From the sequence record PZ452594.1: DNA of 64,000 bases; one strand, given 5' to 3'. The translations under genes and the position numbers were made by a program. The stretch is from a phage. Shown in pieces: positions 9,676 through 19,549 of this stretch (position 1 is the first letter of the stretch; each line of letters starts with the position of its first letter). The notes under the pieces were generated by a model. It made no database searches. It was not told the DNA's origin and worked only from the letters and a program-made list of their open reading frames with translations.

Positions 9676-10878
9676 TTATTTTGTAATAATGTCAAACTGT
9701 TCTTTAAAGCAGAAGCTTGAATCTTGATGCTGATACAAAAATTCATACGCTTTTTCTCGCTCACGGTCATAAAGAGCTCGGTCAGATGACAGTTCTTTAA
9801 TACGCTCGAATGTTGATTCCATATCATTTTCATCAAACCAAATGATACCGCTATCATGCGAGGTCAAAGGAGTATTATCAACACGGAATTTTAAATTTTC
9901 GCCAGTAGATTTCCAAAATACCGGAATTGTTCCACATGCACCAAGCTCGAGATGAGTATATTCTAAAGAACGTTGTAGATATTTTTTATCCAACTTACTC
10001 AACTGATAACCAAATCCGGATTTACTCATGCGTTCAAGCATTTCGCTATTTACATAACGGTCAAGAATTTGCGTTGGCAAATTAGGAGCAATTTTAATTT
10101 GGTCTACTTGATGAAGACGATAATATTCATATGGAATTCCCTTTTCTTTAATAGGAATGAACGCTGGAGAACGTTCCAGACCTTCCATAATAGTACTTAG
10201 TCCTGCAGGTTTAAGATGTTTTTCGTGAAAATCAAACATCTGATAAAAACCTTTCCATGTAGTCGTACGACCAATCCAACGGTTAACATTCATGTTAATT
10301 TCAGAAACATCTTTCCAGTATGTTGATCGAACCTTCGCAATATCCATAGGAGGCTGAAAGTTGTATACGGTCGGTGCTTCTTCAATATCATCAAACAGAG
10401 AAACTGTTTCTGGATACCATTCTTTCATCAGAACTTTATTAAAATCGCCATTATCAGAATGACTAAAAATAACATCAGCTCGACGAACAGTTTCTTCTAA
10501 TCCCAAATTTCGGCGCAAAGAAAGAGAAGAATGGTCATGTTGATAAACTACAACACGAACCGAAGGTTTAATGTTATCAATAATTTTTTTATAGTTATTA
10601 ATAGTGTCTTCTTCAACCGAAGTAGCAGGAACTGAATTGATAATTAGAATATCACAATCATTTACCAGCTTAAGTGTTTTATCGTATTCTTTTGCCAATA
10701 AAACCGGAATTGAAAATGATTTATAATCATGCGCGCAATTACGAGTAAATGATTTATCTTTAGCATAAACCAAAGTTACTTCATGACCATTTTTAATAAA
10801 CCAATCACGTTGCTCAAGAGAAAATTTAGTTACACCGCAACCTTCAAGACCTCGAGCCATAAAAATACATACTTTCAT
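9676..10878 (-). CDS. a-gt: DNA alpha-glucosyltransferase (400 aa)
   Basis: MKVCIFMARGLEGCGVTKFSLEQRDWFIKNGHEVTLVYAKDK... close to T4 AGT. Confidence 0.85.
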   Translation of the reverse strand: MKVCIFMARGLEGCGVTKFSLEQRDWFIKNGHEVTLVYAKDKSFTRNCAHDYKSFSIPVLLAKEYDKTLKLVNDCDILIINSVPATSVEEDTINNYKKIIDNIKPSVRVVVYQHDHSSLSLRRNLGLEETVRRADVIFSHSDNGDFNKVLMKEWYPETVSLFDDIEEAPTVYNFQPPMDIAKVRSTYWKDVSEINMNVNRWIGRTTTWKGFYQMFDFHEKHLKPAGLSTIMEGLERSPAFIPIKEKGIPYEYYRLHQVDQIKIAPNLPTQILDRYVNSEMLERMSKSGFGYQLSKLDKKYLQRSLEYTHLELGACGTIPVFWKSTGENLKFRVDNTPLTSHDSGIIWFDENDMESTFERIKELSSDRALYDREREKAYEFLYQHQDSSFCFKEQFDIITK

Positions 10879-10899
10879 TTAATATCCTCTTTGTTTTGG

Positions 10900-10930
10900 T
10901 TTATTTTACCAAAAATTTATAAAGCAATAT
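10900..10930 (-). promoter_or_regulatory. middle (MotA-dependent) promoter candidate for a-gt
   Basis: sense-strand ATTGCTTTA MotA box, 11 nt, then TAAAAT. Confidence 0.45.
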
Positions 10931-10931
10931 A

Positions 10932-10945
10932 GGAGCCGAAGCTCC
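10932..10945 (-). terminator. GGAGCUUCGGCUCC hairpin
   Basis: plus ggagccgaagctcc. Confidence 0.4.
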
Positions 10946-11034
10946 TATCCGCATAATACGCCATACAGAGGCTCATTAGAACTTTTAAATTTTATGCGCT
11001 TATATTTTATAGTTCCTTCTGCTTTAGCTTTATC

Positions 11035-11058
11035 ATGAGACTCTTTAAAGAGTCTCAT
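11035..11058. repeat. perfect 24-bp palindrome atgagactcttt|aaagagtctcat
   Basis: seen directly; intergenic. Confidence 0.85.
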
Positions 11059-11121
11059 CATTTCCTCTTTAGAGGAACGAATTTTATTATAATCTATTTC
11101 AGAAGTCTGGGTGTTCATCTT

Positions 11122-11328
11122 TCATAACTGCCACCATTTTTTGACTTGATAAGAATCAACCCACACTTTCATATTAGGGTCTGCTCTTACAATAGGAGGA
11201 TTAACTTCTTTAATTGAACTATCATGGTATTCTTTTTCAGAAATTTTCACACAAAGATGACCATTCAAAGATTCAGTAAATCCTGCATTAATTTTAAGAC
11301 GCTTGAATTTTACGTGTGTAAGCATCAA
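11122..11328 (-). CDS. hypothetical protein (68 aa)
   Basis: ORF track. Confidence 0.4.
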   Translation of the reverse strand: MMLTHVKFKRLKINAGFTESLNGHLCVKISEKEYHDSSIKEVNPPIVRADPNMKVWVDSYQVKKWWQL

Positions 11329-11611
11329 TCATATCCTCAATTTGCGATCTAGTAGTCTTCCAAAGAATACTAATGAGTTCATCGTTATATGGCTGTTTTA
11401 GAATATCCCGACTTTTCTTGATAGCATATTCGTATTGAGCAAAATTATTATTTTCAGCTGCAATCTGAGCGTGCTTATAAAGACGATTCAGTTCGCGTTT
11501 GTTTTTAGACAATAACTTATTTGCTTTTCTTTCTGCTTCAAGACGGTTCTTTTCTTCAATAGAAGAAATAAGCTTTTCCACTTCATCATTAATTTCGGGT
11601 TTATCAGTCAT
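11294..11611 (-). CDS. hypothetical coiled-coil protein (105 aa)
   Basis: ORF track. Confidence 0.45.
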   Translation of the reverse strand: MTDKPEINDEVEKLISSIEEKNRLEAERKANKLLSKNKRELNRLYKHAQIAAENNNFAQYEYAIKKSRDILKQPYNDELISILWKTTRSQIEDMIDAYTRKIQAS

Positions 11612-11612
11612 A

Positions 11613-11831
11613 TTATTTCTCTAATATAAAATAAAAATCATCATCTGTTAAATGATACCGATAGTTTAATTCTACACCATTAGATTTAAAAGCGGTATCA
11701 TACGGATTTTCTGGATCAATATCAATGTCAAGAGCTAAAACTTCCCTGAGATACATTTTAAGTAAATAGGGAATAGCTTCAACTTCAGGTATTTCTTCCA
11801 AGAATCCGGAGAGGTTAATCGTTAGCCTCAT
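11613..11831 (-). CDS. hypothetical protein (72 aa)
   Basis: ORF track. Confidence 0.4.
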
Positions 11832-12372
11832 ATAAAAAATCCAAACTAGGAGAATCGTCTACAACACTTTTCTTTTCAGCCCCCGGTGTTCTATAGGTTG
11901 ATTCTTCGTAATGCGTCATTTTATCATAGATGTCTTGAATAAAAGTTTCATCTACTAACGCAACCATATCGTCGTCACGACTGTCATAGACATTGTGAAC
12001 GAAGTAACTGTATTTCTTTGCAACTTCCTTACGTTCTTTTTTAATACGTTGGACGAATGCATTAAAACAAGCTTGAGTTATATATGCATGCGGGTTTTTA
12101 TATTTCGTTTCATCAAAATTATGAAGCCCCTTAATAGAAGCTTCTATACCATCTGCAATCATTTCTTGTTTCCAAGATTGGGTGTATCCTGAAAAGTTGA
12201 AACGTTTAGATAAGCCTTCTGCAATAAGCATAATGGCTAATCCGATAGTATCATTCTGACGAACTACTTTATTTGGGTCTTTATTATTTGCTAATTCTGT
12301 TTTCCAATCAATAATAGCTTGTAAAAGCTCTTTATTGTTTACGTAATTATATTTAGGCTTAGTTTCTGACAT
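11815..12372 (-). CDS. 55: late-transcription sigma factor gp55 (185 aa)
   Basis: track start 12378 is GTG; ATG at 12370-12372 after AAGAGGTG gives [23 protein letters not shown]. Confidence 0.9.
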
Positions 12373-12450
12373 TTTCACCTCTTAGCTCAATTCATAGATC
12401 TATTATATCATAATATTTGAAGATCTATCTTAAAGCATAGAGGATATCAG

Positions 12451-12720
12451 TTATCTAAGTAAACAGTATGCTTGGAACACTTTCTCCATCATCTTTTTAA
12501 ATTCATGAATATCTATATAATGACTAGTTAAATCAGCATGATATAAAAAGTCTAAAAACTTTTCATGTGTGCTAACATATTCACTTTCATTTAATTCAGA
12601 AACATGACTTTCCCAATATCCAACACCAGTCTTATTTGGGAAAAATGAAATTTTCATGTATTGGTCAACATAGAAAATGCCATAATTTTCAATAGTAATA
12701 GAAATATTAATAAATTTCAT
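12451..12720 (-). CDS. hypothetical protein (89 aa)
   Basis: ORF track. Confidence 0.4.
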   Translation of the reverse strand: MKFINISITIENYGIFYVDQYMKISFFPNKTGVGYWESHVSELNESEYVSTHEKFLDFLYHADLTSHYIDIHEFKKMMEKVFQAYCLLR

Positions 12721-12932
12721 ACATTCATCAACTTAGCCGCTTCAAGAGCTGCATCTAGTGAATCAAATTGATCAACATATTCAATCAATTCGCCGTAATT
12801 GGCATATAACCACCATTGGCTAAATTCATACTCAAGGATGAATCCGTTTCCTTCAATTTGAGTTAAACCAATGCCATTTGTATTTACTTCATATCCAGCA
12901 AGACGCAAATCGTTAATAAGAGCTTCGTTCAT
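12717..12932 (-). CDS. hypothetical protein (71 aa)
   Basis: ORF track; 4-nt overlap with neighbour. Confidence 0.4.
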   Translation of the reverse strand: MNEALINDLRLAGYEVNTNGIGLTQIEGNGFILEYEFSQWWLYANYGELIEYVDQFDSLDAALEAAKLMNV

Positions 12933-12934
12933 AA

Positions 12935-13261
12935 TTATACCTTAGTAATTTTCAGGTCTGCAAATTTTTTCTTGCGTTGATTTTTCATGCGACGAATAGT
13001 TTTATCGGAAATTTCATGCTTTTGATAAGCTTTAGATTCTACACCAAAAGCTTTAACATCAAATTCTGACAAGATATATTGAACCAACAATTCACGGACA
13101 GTATTGCGTCCAATCTTCTGATCATTCTGTTTCATCGTCTGATGAAGCTCTTTTTCCCATTTATCCAAACTTTGAGGAGTTACAATATCGCCTTTTTCTA
13201 GCAAAGAAACTACTTTATCATATGCGTAAGAATTAATGACGTTTTTAATTTGAATAGTCAT
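12935..13261 (-). CDS. hypothetical protein (108 aa)
   Basis: ORF track. Confidence 0.45.
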   Translation of the reverse strand: MTIQIKNVINSYAYDKVVSLLEKGDIVTPQSLDKWEKELHQTMKQNDQKIGRNTVRELLVQYILSEFDVKAFGVESKAYQKHEISDKTIRRMKNQRKKKFADLKITKV

Positions 13262-13301
13262 ACATTATCCTCAATTACGTTAAAATTTTATTATCCAAAA
13301 A

Positions 13302-13313
13302 GGGCCGAAGCCC
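13302..13313 (-). terminator. GGGCUUCGGCCC hairpin followed by UUUUUGG
   Basis: plus gggccgaagccc; U-run in transcript. Confidence 0.55.
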
Positions 13314-13514
13314 TTAGCTAAACTTTTTGGCACCCTTCCAGCCTTCATACATCATTGCGGCTGATATTAATATTGCTCCTGAGCAACTTGAATATTTGTG
13401 ATTCCAAAACCAGTTTAGAAAAACTTCATCATCAATACCTTGAGCTATCATATTTTCAAAGAACTGACGACGAGCTTCGGCAATTCGCTGCGATAATTTA
13501 GATTCAGGATTCAT
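13314..13514 (-). CDS. hypothetical protein (66 aa)
   Basis: ORF track. Confidence 0.4.
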   Translation of the reverse strand: MNPESKLSQRIAEARRQFFENMIAQGIDDEVFLNWFWNHKYSSCSGAILISAAMMYEGWKGAKKFS

Positions 13515-13730
13515 TTAAATTTCCCAATTACCATTTTCATCAATAAATTTAATCCAATCATTTACTGACCACTTGGTCGTATCGCCTTTTGGAGCAACAT
13601 TTAAAGTGTATAATCCTTGCTTAAAAAGCATGCGTTTGATATTCATATTTTCCTCAGCTGTAACGATAGCACTCATTTGATTTACGTTTAGCAACTCGTT
13701 GAGAAGTATTATAATCAAAATCATCGTCAA
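13515..13730 (-). CDS. hypothetical protein (71 aa)
   Basis: ORF track. Confidence 0.4.
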   Translation of the reverse strand: MTMILIIILLNELLNVNQMSAIVTAEENMNIKRMLFKQGLYTLNVAPKGDTTKWSVNDWIKFIDENGNWEI

Positions 13731-13947
13731 TATAAACTGATTTTTTCAACTTTCTTACTTCACCGCGTAATTGGCGATTTAGCTCATCTTTAACTTCTGA
13801 ATCAATGCCTTTCATTCTACGCCATTTATCAGAGCGAAAAATGTTTTCAACCATATCTTTATGACTTACACCATCAGGAGCTTTACGCTTTCCGAAATAG
13901 TCATAATCACGTACTTTTAAATCTTTACGACGATACGTTTTACCCAT
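13654..13947 (-). CDS. hypothetical highly basic protein (97 aa)
   Basis: ATG at 13945-13947 after AAGGAAA (MGKTYRRKDLKVRD...). Confidence 0.4.
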   Translation of the reverse strand: MGKTYRRKDLKVRDYDYFGKRKAPDGVSHKDMVENIFRSDKWRRMKGIDSEVKDELNRQLRGEVRKLKKSVYIDDDFDYNTSQRVAKRKSNECYRYS

Positions 13948-14122
13948 GGAGTTTAATTTCCTTAGCAACTGAACTAAATACAGCACGATCACAAATCATG
14001 CGTTTATGTAACTTGAGTATAATATAGCAAACTTCAAAACTATTTACATGAGTAACACGAACAGCATTACCATTCACGAGATAATACTGTCCCTTTTTAA
14101 TTTCTTTATCAACCACAACCAT
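13940..14122 (-). CDS. hypothetical protein (60 aa)
   Basis: ORF track; early promoter and GAGGAA immediately upstream. Confidence 0.45.
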   Translation of the reverse strand: MVVVDKEIKKGQYYLVNGNAVRVTHVNSFEVCYIILKLHKRMICDRAVFSSVAKEIKLHG

Positions 14123-14150
14123 ATCAATTCCTCAAAGGTAATTCATATGT

Positions 14151-14186
14151 TAATAATATCATGGTTTGAACTTGTTGTAAACAACT
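14151..14186 (-). promoter_or_regulatory. T4-type early promoter (GTTTAC, 18 nt, TATTAT)
   Basis: sense strand GTTTACAACAAGTTCAAACCATGATATTAT, A/T-rich upstream. Confidence 0.5.
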
Positions 14187-14263
14187 TTGTGAAAAATATT
14201 TTAGGGAATGTTAAGAAAGGAACGATAGCTTAGAATGGTAATATACAGAATGTGAGAAAGAAA

Positions 14264-14277
14264 GGCCCAGAGGGCCC
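14264..14277 (-). terminator. GGCCC/GGGCC hairpin 3' of nrdH, U-rich tail
   Basis: plus ggcccagagggccc. Confidence 0.45.
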
Positions 14278-14280
14278 GTC

Positions 14281-14589
14281 TTAATCTTCTATGATATCTC
14301 TATCATATCCAAGTGAAATGAGAGTTTCTTTGAAGTGTTTAATGTTCTTTTGTCTAGAATCATTAATGAAAATGACCGGATAACGAATGTTAAGAGATGT
14401 GAATCCAGCGCGTTTAGCAAGAGATACAATCAGTGGACGATCATACTCAATCTTACCGTTATTTGTAAGAACTTTATAGAAAGTAAAAGGAGCATTGAGC
14501 TCCTTTAGAAGTTTTGTAACTGATTGACATCCAGGACAACGACCTACTTCATCTGGAATTCCATAGACTTCAATCTTATTTTGTTTCAC
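14281..14589 (-). CDS. nrdH: glutaredoxin-like NrdH (102 aa)
   Basis: CPGC redox motif (GRCPGCQS); position upstream of nrdG. Confidence 0.7.
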   Translation of the reverse strand: MKQNKIEVYGIPDEVGRCPGCQSVTKLLKELNAPFTFYKVLTNNGKIEYDRPLIVSLAKRAGFTSLNIRYPVIFINDSRQKNIKHFKETLISLGYDRDIIED

Positions 14590-14591
14590 AA

Positions 14592-14828
14592 CTATTCCTT
14601 ACTAAGAGCAGCATTCAGCTTGTTAGTAATTTTATCTAGACGCTCATTGAATTCGCTAGAAGATAGTCCTTTTTCTGGAGAAATCAAACTAATCACGAAA
14701 AATATAGCAATAAAAGGAATAAGGAAAATAGCTCCAACTGCCATAAACAAAAAGAATGTTACGGTTGTAAGAAAATCAGCTAAACCTTTACGAAATTTAT
14801 ACATATTTACCCTTAATTGATTAACCAA
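14592..14828 (-). CDS. small membrane protein (78 aa)
   Basis: one strong TM segment FLFMAVGAIFLIPFIAIFFVISLI. Confidence 0.45.
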   Translation of the reverse strand: MVNQLRVNMYKFRKGLADFLTTVTFFLFMAVGAIFLIPFIAIFFVISLISPEKGLSSSEFNERLDKITNKLNAALSKE

Positions 14829-14918
14829 GCATTGATAAGCACTAAACTATACTGCGAATAAAATTCTGGACCAAAATGAAAAATCATATCATTTATAGTA
14901 TCCATAATATAATTCAAT

Positions 14919-15389
14919 TTAATCATGTTTCCACACCCCATCGGTATTTGACCAAAGTCGCTGATTATCTGATCCTCGCCACAGCTTTTTAGTCGGAAGA
15001 TTTTTCTCATACTTCCCATCAATAATAACATCAACATATTTAAGCATTTCTAGTTGTTTAATATCTTCAAATTTATATCCTGTCCACAACCAAATGCTTT
15101 TATTGGGATAAAGATTTTTTACTGTTTGAACCACAGAGTGAATCACGTCTCTGTTATCAGGATAAAGAGGGTCACCTCCGGTTATAGTTAATCCTTCTAT
15201 ATAATCATTATTCAAACATTCAATCAATTGTTCTAGTGTTTCACCAGTAAATGGAATACCATTTCTAGCATTCCATGTTGATTTATTATAACACCCTTCG
15301 CATTTATGCAAACAACCTGTAACGAAAAGAACGACCCTGCAACCAGGGCCATTAACAAAATCGCAAGGATAAAATCTATCATAATTCAT
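14919..15389 (-). CDS. nrdG: anaerobic ribonucleotide reductase activase NrdG (radical SAM, 156 aa)
   Basis: CxxxCxxC cluster motif GCLHKCEGCYN. Confidence 0.85.
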   Translation of the reverse strand: MNYDRFYPCDFVNGPGCRVVLFVTGCLHKCEGCYNKSTWNARNGIPFTGETLEQLIECLNNDYIEGLTITGGDPLYPDNRDVIHSVVQTVKNLYPNKSIWLWTGYKFEDIKQLEMLKYVDVIIDGKYEKNLPTKKLWRGSDNQRLWSNTDGVWKHD

Positions 15390-17203
15390 TGGTGTTTAAC
15401 CCTATGCATGATTTCTTTATTTTTACCGAGATTAAATCCGCGTTCGTTTGGATTTCCCAAATAACCACATGTTCTTCTTATGGTGTTCATCTTTTTAGGA
15501 TCAGTTTCTCCACAAATAGAACAAACAAATCCGTTTTCAGTAGGAGTCATTTCATGGGTACTTCCACATGTAAAACATTTATCTACTGGCATATTAACAC
15601 CAAAATAATCTAAATGTTGTGCAGCATAATCCCATACGGCCTCAAGACCTTTTAAGTTATTTTTCATATCAGGAAGTTCAACATAAGAAATGTGACCACC
15701 TGTCGCAATGAAATGATATGACGCTTCACGAGAAATCTTTTCAAACGGAGTAATATTTTCTTCTACTGAAACATGGAAACTGTTAGTGTACCAGCCTTTA
15801 TCGGTAACATCTTTTACACTTCCATATTTTTCTGTATCAAGTTTACAGAAGCGATAACAAAGGTTTTCAGCAGGAGTCGAATATAAACTAAAAGCAAATC
15901 CAGTTCTTTCAGTCCACTGTTTAAGATGAGCATTCATTTTAGTTAAAATTTCTCGTCCAATATCACGACCGACAAGAATATTCAATTCGTGAATACCAAT
16001 GTATCCTAAAGACACTGAACTTCTACCGTTTTTAAATAACTCAATTATGTCGTCATCAGGTTTAAGACGAACCCCGAATGCACCTTCTTGGTAAAGAATA
16101 GGAGCAACAGTAGCTTTAACTCCTTTTAAGGAACTAATTCTACACATCAATGCTTCAAAACATAAATCCATTCGTTCATTAAATAGCTCAACAAATTTTT
16201 GTTCATTGAATTGTGTTCCAATATAAGAATCTAACGCGATGCGAGGAAGATTCAGTGTTACAACACCAAGATTATTACGTCCATCAAGAATTTCATTACC
16301 AGTCGAATCTTTCCATACGCTCAAGAAACTACGGCAACCCATTGGAGAAACAGGAACAGATGAACCAGTGATAGCTTTATTGTTCTTAGCTGAAATAATA
16401 TCAGGATACATCCTTTTGCTTGCACACTCTAGAGCAAGCTGCTTAATATCATAGTTCGGATCGTCTTTGTAAAGATTAACGCCTTCTTCGACGAACATAA
16501 CAAGCTTAGGAAAAATAGGAGTTATCCCATCACGACCGAGACCTTTAATACGATTTTTCAGAATTGCTTTCTGAATCATTCGTTCAGTCCAGTCAGTTCC
16601 CGTACCAAATGTAATTGTTACAAAAGGTGTTTGCCCGTTTGAACTAAAGAGAGTATTTACTTCATATTCATAAGCTTGGAATGCATCGTATACGTCTTTT
16701 TCTGTTTTAGATTGAGCATAATTCAACGCATCAGCGATTTGCCATTTTTCTGCATCCTCAATATGTTTTGCATAGGTGCGTTTAACATAAGGAGAAAGTA
16801 CTTTATCTACATTAGCAAAAGTCGTTCCGCCATATTGATGGGAAGCAACTTGCGCAGTAATTTGTGCCATAATTGCAGTAGCAACGCCAATTGATTTAGG
16901 AGTTTCAATCTGTGCATTACCAAGCTTAAATCCGTTCTCAAGCATTCCTTTTAAATCTACTAAACAGCAATTAGTAAATGGAAGAGCAGGGGAATAATCA
17001 ATATCATGGAAATGGATAATTCCGCTTTCATGCGCTTTCATAATAAAAGACGGGACCATATTTTTGGCAATGTGTTTAGACACAATACCAGCCATAAGGT
17101 CCCGTTGAGTTGGAAAAACACGAGAATCTTTATTAGCATTCTCGTTTAAAAGGTCTTTATTAGTTTTATGAATCAATCCTTCAATTTCTTTTTCAATTGT
17201 CAT
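15386..17203 (-). CDS. nrdD: anaerobic ribonucleoside-triphosphate reductase NrdD (605 aa), uninterrupted
   Basis: C-terminal glycyl-radical motif RRTCGYLG and Cys cluster; single continuous ORF (no intron). Confidence 0.9.
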   Translation of the reverse strand: MTIEKEIEGLIHKTNKDLLNENANKDSRVFPTQRDLMAGIVSKHIAKNMVPSFIMKAHESGIIHFHDIDYSPALPFTNCCLVDLKGMLENGFKLGNAQIETPKSIGVATAIMAQITAQVASHQYGGTTFANVDKVLSPYVKRTYAKHIEDAEKWQIADALNYAQSKTEKDVYDAFQAYEYEVNTLFSSNGQTPFVTITFGTGTDWTERMIQKAILKNRIKGLGRDGITPIFPKLVMFVEEGVNLYKDDPNYDIKQLALECASKRMYPDIISAKNNKAITGSSVPVSPMGCRSFLSVWKDSTGNEILDGRNNLGVVTLNLPRIALDSYIGTQFNEQKFVELFNERMDLCFEALMCRISSLKGVKATVAPILYQEGAFGVRLKPDDDIIELFKNGRSSVSLGYIGIHELNILVGRDIGREILTKMNAHLKQWTERTGFAFSLYSTPAENLCYRFCKLDTEKYGSVKDVTDKGWYTNSFHVSVEENITPFEKISREASYHFIATGGHISYVELPDMKNNLKGLEAVWDYAAQHLDYFGVNMPVDKCFTCGSTHEMTPTENGFVCSICGETDPKKMNTIRRTCGYLGNPNERGFNLGKNKEIMHRVKHQ

Positions 17204-17673
17204 TTTAAACTCTTTCTAAGCTGCTTCTTAAATGAAGCTATTAACTGTGTTTTAGTGTCAGATTCATTATATTCAAATCCTCTTTGAAGCATCTCAGCCA
17301 TCATTTCCTCTTTTCCTAAACGAGAAAATTCCTTTGATTTATCTCCAACGAAGTTAGGGTGAATATTATTTTGGGTGTAATCGGATTTTAAATAAGTAAG
17401 TAAATTTTCTAACCATTCAAGATAATCAACACCTTGTCCCTTTAAGCCAGAACGATTAAATTTATGCTTCATTTGACCTTCTGCGGCATTGCAGAGATTA
17501 CAAAGCAATCCACGTACCTTTCCTGCTTTTGGTCCATTTAATTCATGGTCATGATCAAGATGATTAGCTTGAACATCAGGATTTAGTTCTCGTTGGCAAA
17601 TTAAGCATTTACCATTTTGTGCATCATAAAATTTCTGTTTTTCTTCTTTATATAATTTGCCAGTCAATAACAT
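17200..17673 (-). CDS. 49: endonuclease VII gp49 (157 aa)
   Basis: MLLTGKLYKEEKQKFYDAQNGKCLICQRELNPDVQANHLDHDHELNG... matches T4 EndoVII. Confidence 0.9.
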   Translation of the reverse strand: MLLTGKLYKEEKQKFYDAQNGKCLICQRELNPDVQANHLDHDHELNGPKAGKVRGLLCNLCNAAEGQMKHKFNRSGLKGQGVDYLEWLENLLTYLKSDYTQNNIHPNFVGDKSKEFSRLGKEEMMAEMLQRGFEYNESDTKTQLIASFKKQLRKSLK

Positions 17674-17714
17674 AATAAACCCTTACCTTAAATAGATAAG
17701 GGTATTTATTATTT

Positions 17715-18200
17715 TCAAGTATTGTAAAACATTTGATTCAATCGCTTATATTGCCGAATCTTTTGGTCAGAAAAAGAAATTTGGGTTTCAAGCCATTCAA
17801 TATATTCTGCCGCAGCTTGCATCAAATTTCCTTCATAGCCATCGTTATTTTCTTGTGCAGCTAATTTAGCTAATGCGTATGAAATGCGTTCACCTTGAAA
17901 AGCGGCTTTAGGTTTATGAACAACTTGATTAGTTCGCTCTACAACTTCTTCAATTTCGCCATTTTCAATGGATTCAGTATTCCACAAGCACCAATACGTA
18001 ATTGGCTTATCGTAGATGTTAATAATCTTTCCATCAGAAAGTTCAATTTCAATAATTCCAGTGTCAGGCTCTATATCATCTTCACATTCTTTTGCAAGTT
18101 CACGAACTTTAAAGACAGTACCTGCACTAAGTTCCGGCCAGTAATTACACAGCCCTGTATCAGCACGATTAATTCTAAACCACTTATCTACTGTAATCAT
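17715..18200 (-). CDS. pin: Pin protease inhibitor (161 aa)
   Basis: track start 18218 is TTG; first ATG at 18198-18200 (MITVDKWFRINRADTG). Confidence 0.65.
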   Translation of the reverse strand: MITVDKWFRINRADTGLCNYWPELSAGTVFKVRELAKECEDDIEPDTGIIEIELSDGKIINIYDKPITYWCLWNTESIENGEIEEVVERTNQVVHKPKAAFQGERISYALAKLAAQENNDGYEGNLMQAAAEYIEWLETQISFSDQKIRQYKRLNQMFYNT

Positions 18201-18323
18201 GTCCCATCTCCATATCAATTAAGTCATTTATCGTTGGTTCATTATATACTGTTTCTTCATCAGTGTAAACCGGTTCTTCCGGCTCTGGCTCTACAGTTTC
18301 CCATCTAGCCGCCCACCAAGGTT

Positions 18324-18644
18324 TTATAGCGTAATCCATTCTCGTACTATCTGAGTTACTACACGTTCACGGGGCTCGACTAGTTCAACAGTCGGAACTG
18401 CATAATACCAGTCAGAATGATAAGAACCTGACCGAGATTCATTTACAGCCACATGTACATTATGTTTTGGACTAAAGTAAACACACTGACGATATTGACA
18501 TTTACCATCTTGCACCCAGTCTTCTATTTCGACAGGTTTAAGATAATCGGAAAAATCGAAATCATAGTTTTCCGAAAATGCATCATGGTCTTCAATGATT
18601 TCGCTCAGAACTGCATCAACATCTAATTTATTTTCAATAGTCAT
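18324..18644 (-). CDS. hypothetical protein (106 aa)
   Basis: ORF track. Confidence 0.45.
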   Translation of the reverse strand: MTIENKLDVDAVLSEIIEDHDAFSENYDFDFSDYLKPVEIEDWVQDGKCQYRQCVYFSPKHNVHVAVNESRSGSYHSDWYYAVPTVELVEPRERVVTQIVREWITL

Positions 18645-18654
18645 TTTTCACCAA

Positions 18655-18864
18655 TTAATTTCGCAATTTATTAAGTTCTTCATCATCAATCCAGGATTCT
18701 AGTCCTGATGGCAAATCAGATTCAATTTCCCAAAGAAGTTCTTCAATTTTATGAAGACGATCTAGTTCTTCAGCAGGAATAGTAACCATTGACGGAGCTC
18801 TTGCTACATTAATATCGTAAATCATATTTACCCCAGTTTGACCATACAATCGCCGTATTTCCAC
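18655..18864 (-). CDS. hypothetical protein (69 aa)
   Basis: ORF track; start uncertain. Confidence 0.4.
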   Translation of the reverse strand: MEIRRLYGQTGVNMIYDINVARAPSMVTIPAEELDRLHKIEELLWEIESDLPSGLESWIDDEELNKLRN

Positions 18865-19043
18865 TTAGAAATAGACTTTTCACCATTAGAATAATAAACT
18901 TCAAGTTTAGCACGATTATTTTTAATTTGAATAACCTTGGCTGTCATCAAAGTTCCATACCCATAATAAACTGCAACTTCATCACCTACATATACCGCGC
19001 TTCCGCGGTAATCATGAATATAGTCAGTTCCTTCGAGCATCAT
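18828..19043 (-). CDS. hypothetical protein (71 aa)
   Basis: ORF track. Confidence 0.4.
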   Translation of the reverse strand: MMLEGTDYIHDYRGSAVYVGDEVAVYYGYGTLMTAKVIQIKNNRAKLEVYYSNGEKSISKWKYGDCMVKLG

Positions 19044-19303
19044 TTAAAATATTCTCGCAGTTGGTCAAATCCACCAATATGACTTCCATCAGGAGCAAAT
19101 ACCTGGGGCATTGTCAAGCCGATTTGAGTATCACGACCTAGTTTAGTCAGAAGCTCAGCGATTTTCTCATCATCAAAAACACCTTTTTCCGGCATAATGT
19201 TGATAAATTCAAACGGCTGTTTCTTCACGGTCAAAAGACGTTTTGCATTATCGCAATACACGCATTTATGAATGTTGCTATCATAACCATATACTTTAAA
19301 CAT
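19040..19303 (-). CDS. nrdC: phage thioredoxin/glutaredoxin NrdC (87 aa)
   Basis: MFKVYGYDSNIHKCVYCDNAKRLL... CVYC redox motif. Confidence 0.85.
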   Translation of the reverse strand: MFKVYGYDSNIHKCVYCDNAKRLLTVKKQPFEFINIMPEKGVFDDEKIAELLTKLGRDTQIGLTMPQVFAPDGSHIGGFDQLREYFK

Positions 19304-19304
19304 A

Positions 19305-19547
19305 TTATTCCTTAATTCCTAGTACTTGTTTAAAAGTCTCGTCGTAATCAAGACTTTGGCCCGTTTGTTCTTTATGTTTGTATATAATATCACTTACTTC
19401 TGATAGCATATTTTTATATGAACGAGTTAAAGCAGATTTAAGCACGCTGTATCTATCAGGAAATTTACCATGTTCATTATAATAAGCTATTGCTAATTCA
19501 CGGACTGCCTTTTCAGCAGCCTCCATATATTCTTTACGCTTGGTCAT
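19305..19547 (-). CDS. hypothetical protein (80 aa)
   Basis: ORF track. Confidence 0.45.
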   Translation of the reverse strand: MTKRKEYMEAAEKAVRELAIAYYNEHGKFPDRYSVLKSALTRSYKNMLSEVSDIIYKHKEQTGQSLDYDETFKQVLGIKE

Positions 19548-19549
19548 TT

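Noticed and set aside
9636-9857. Minus ORF 9636..9857
   Set aside because: Lies within the a-gt coding region in another frame.
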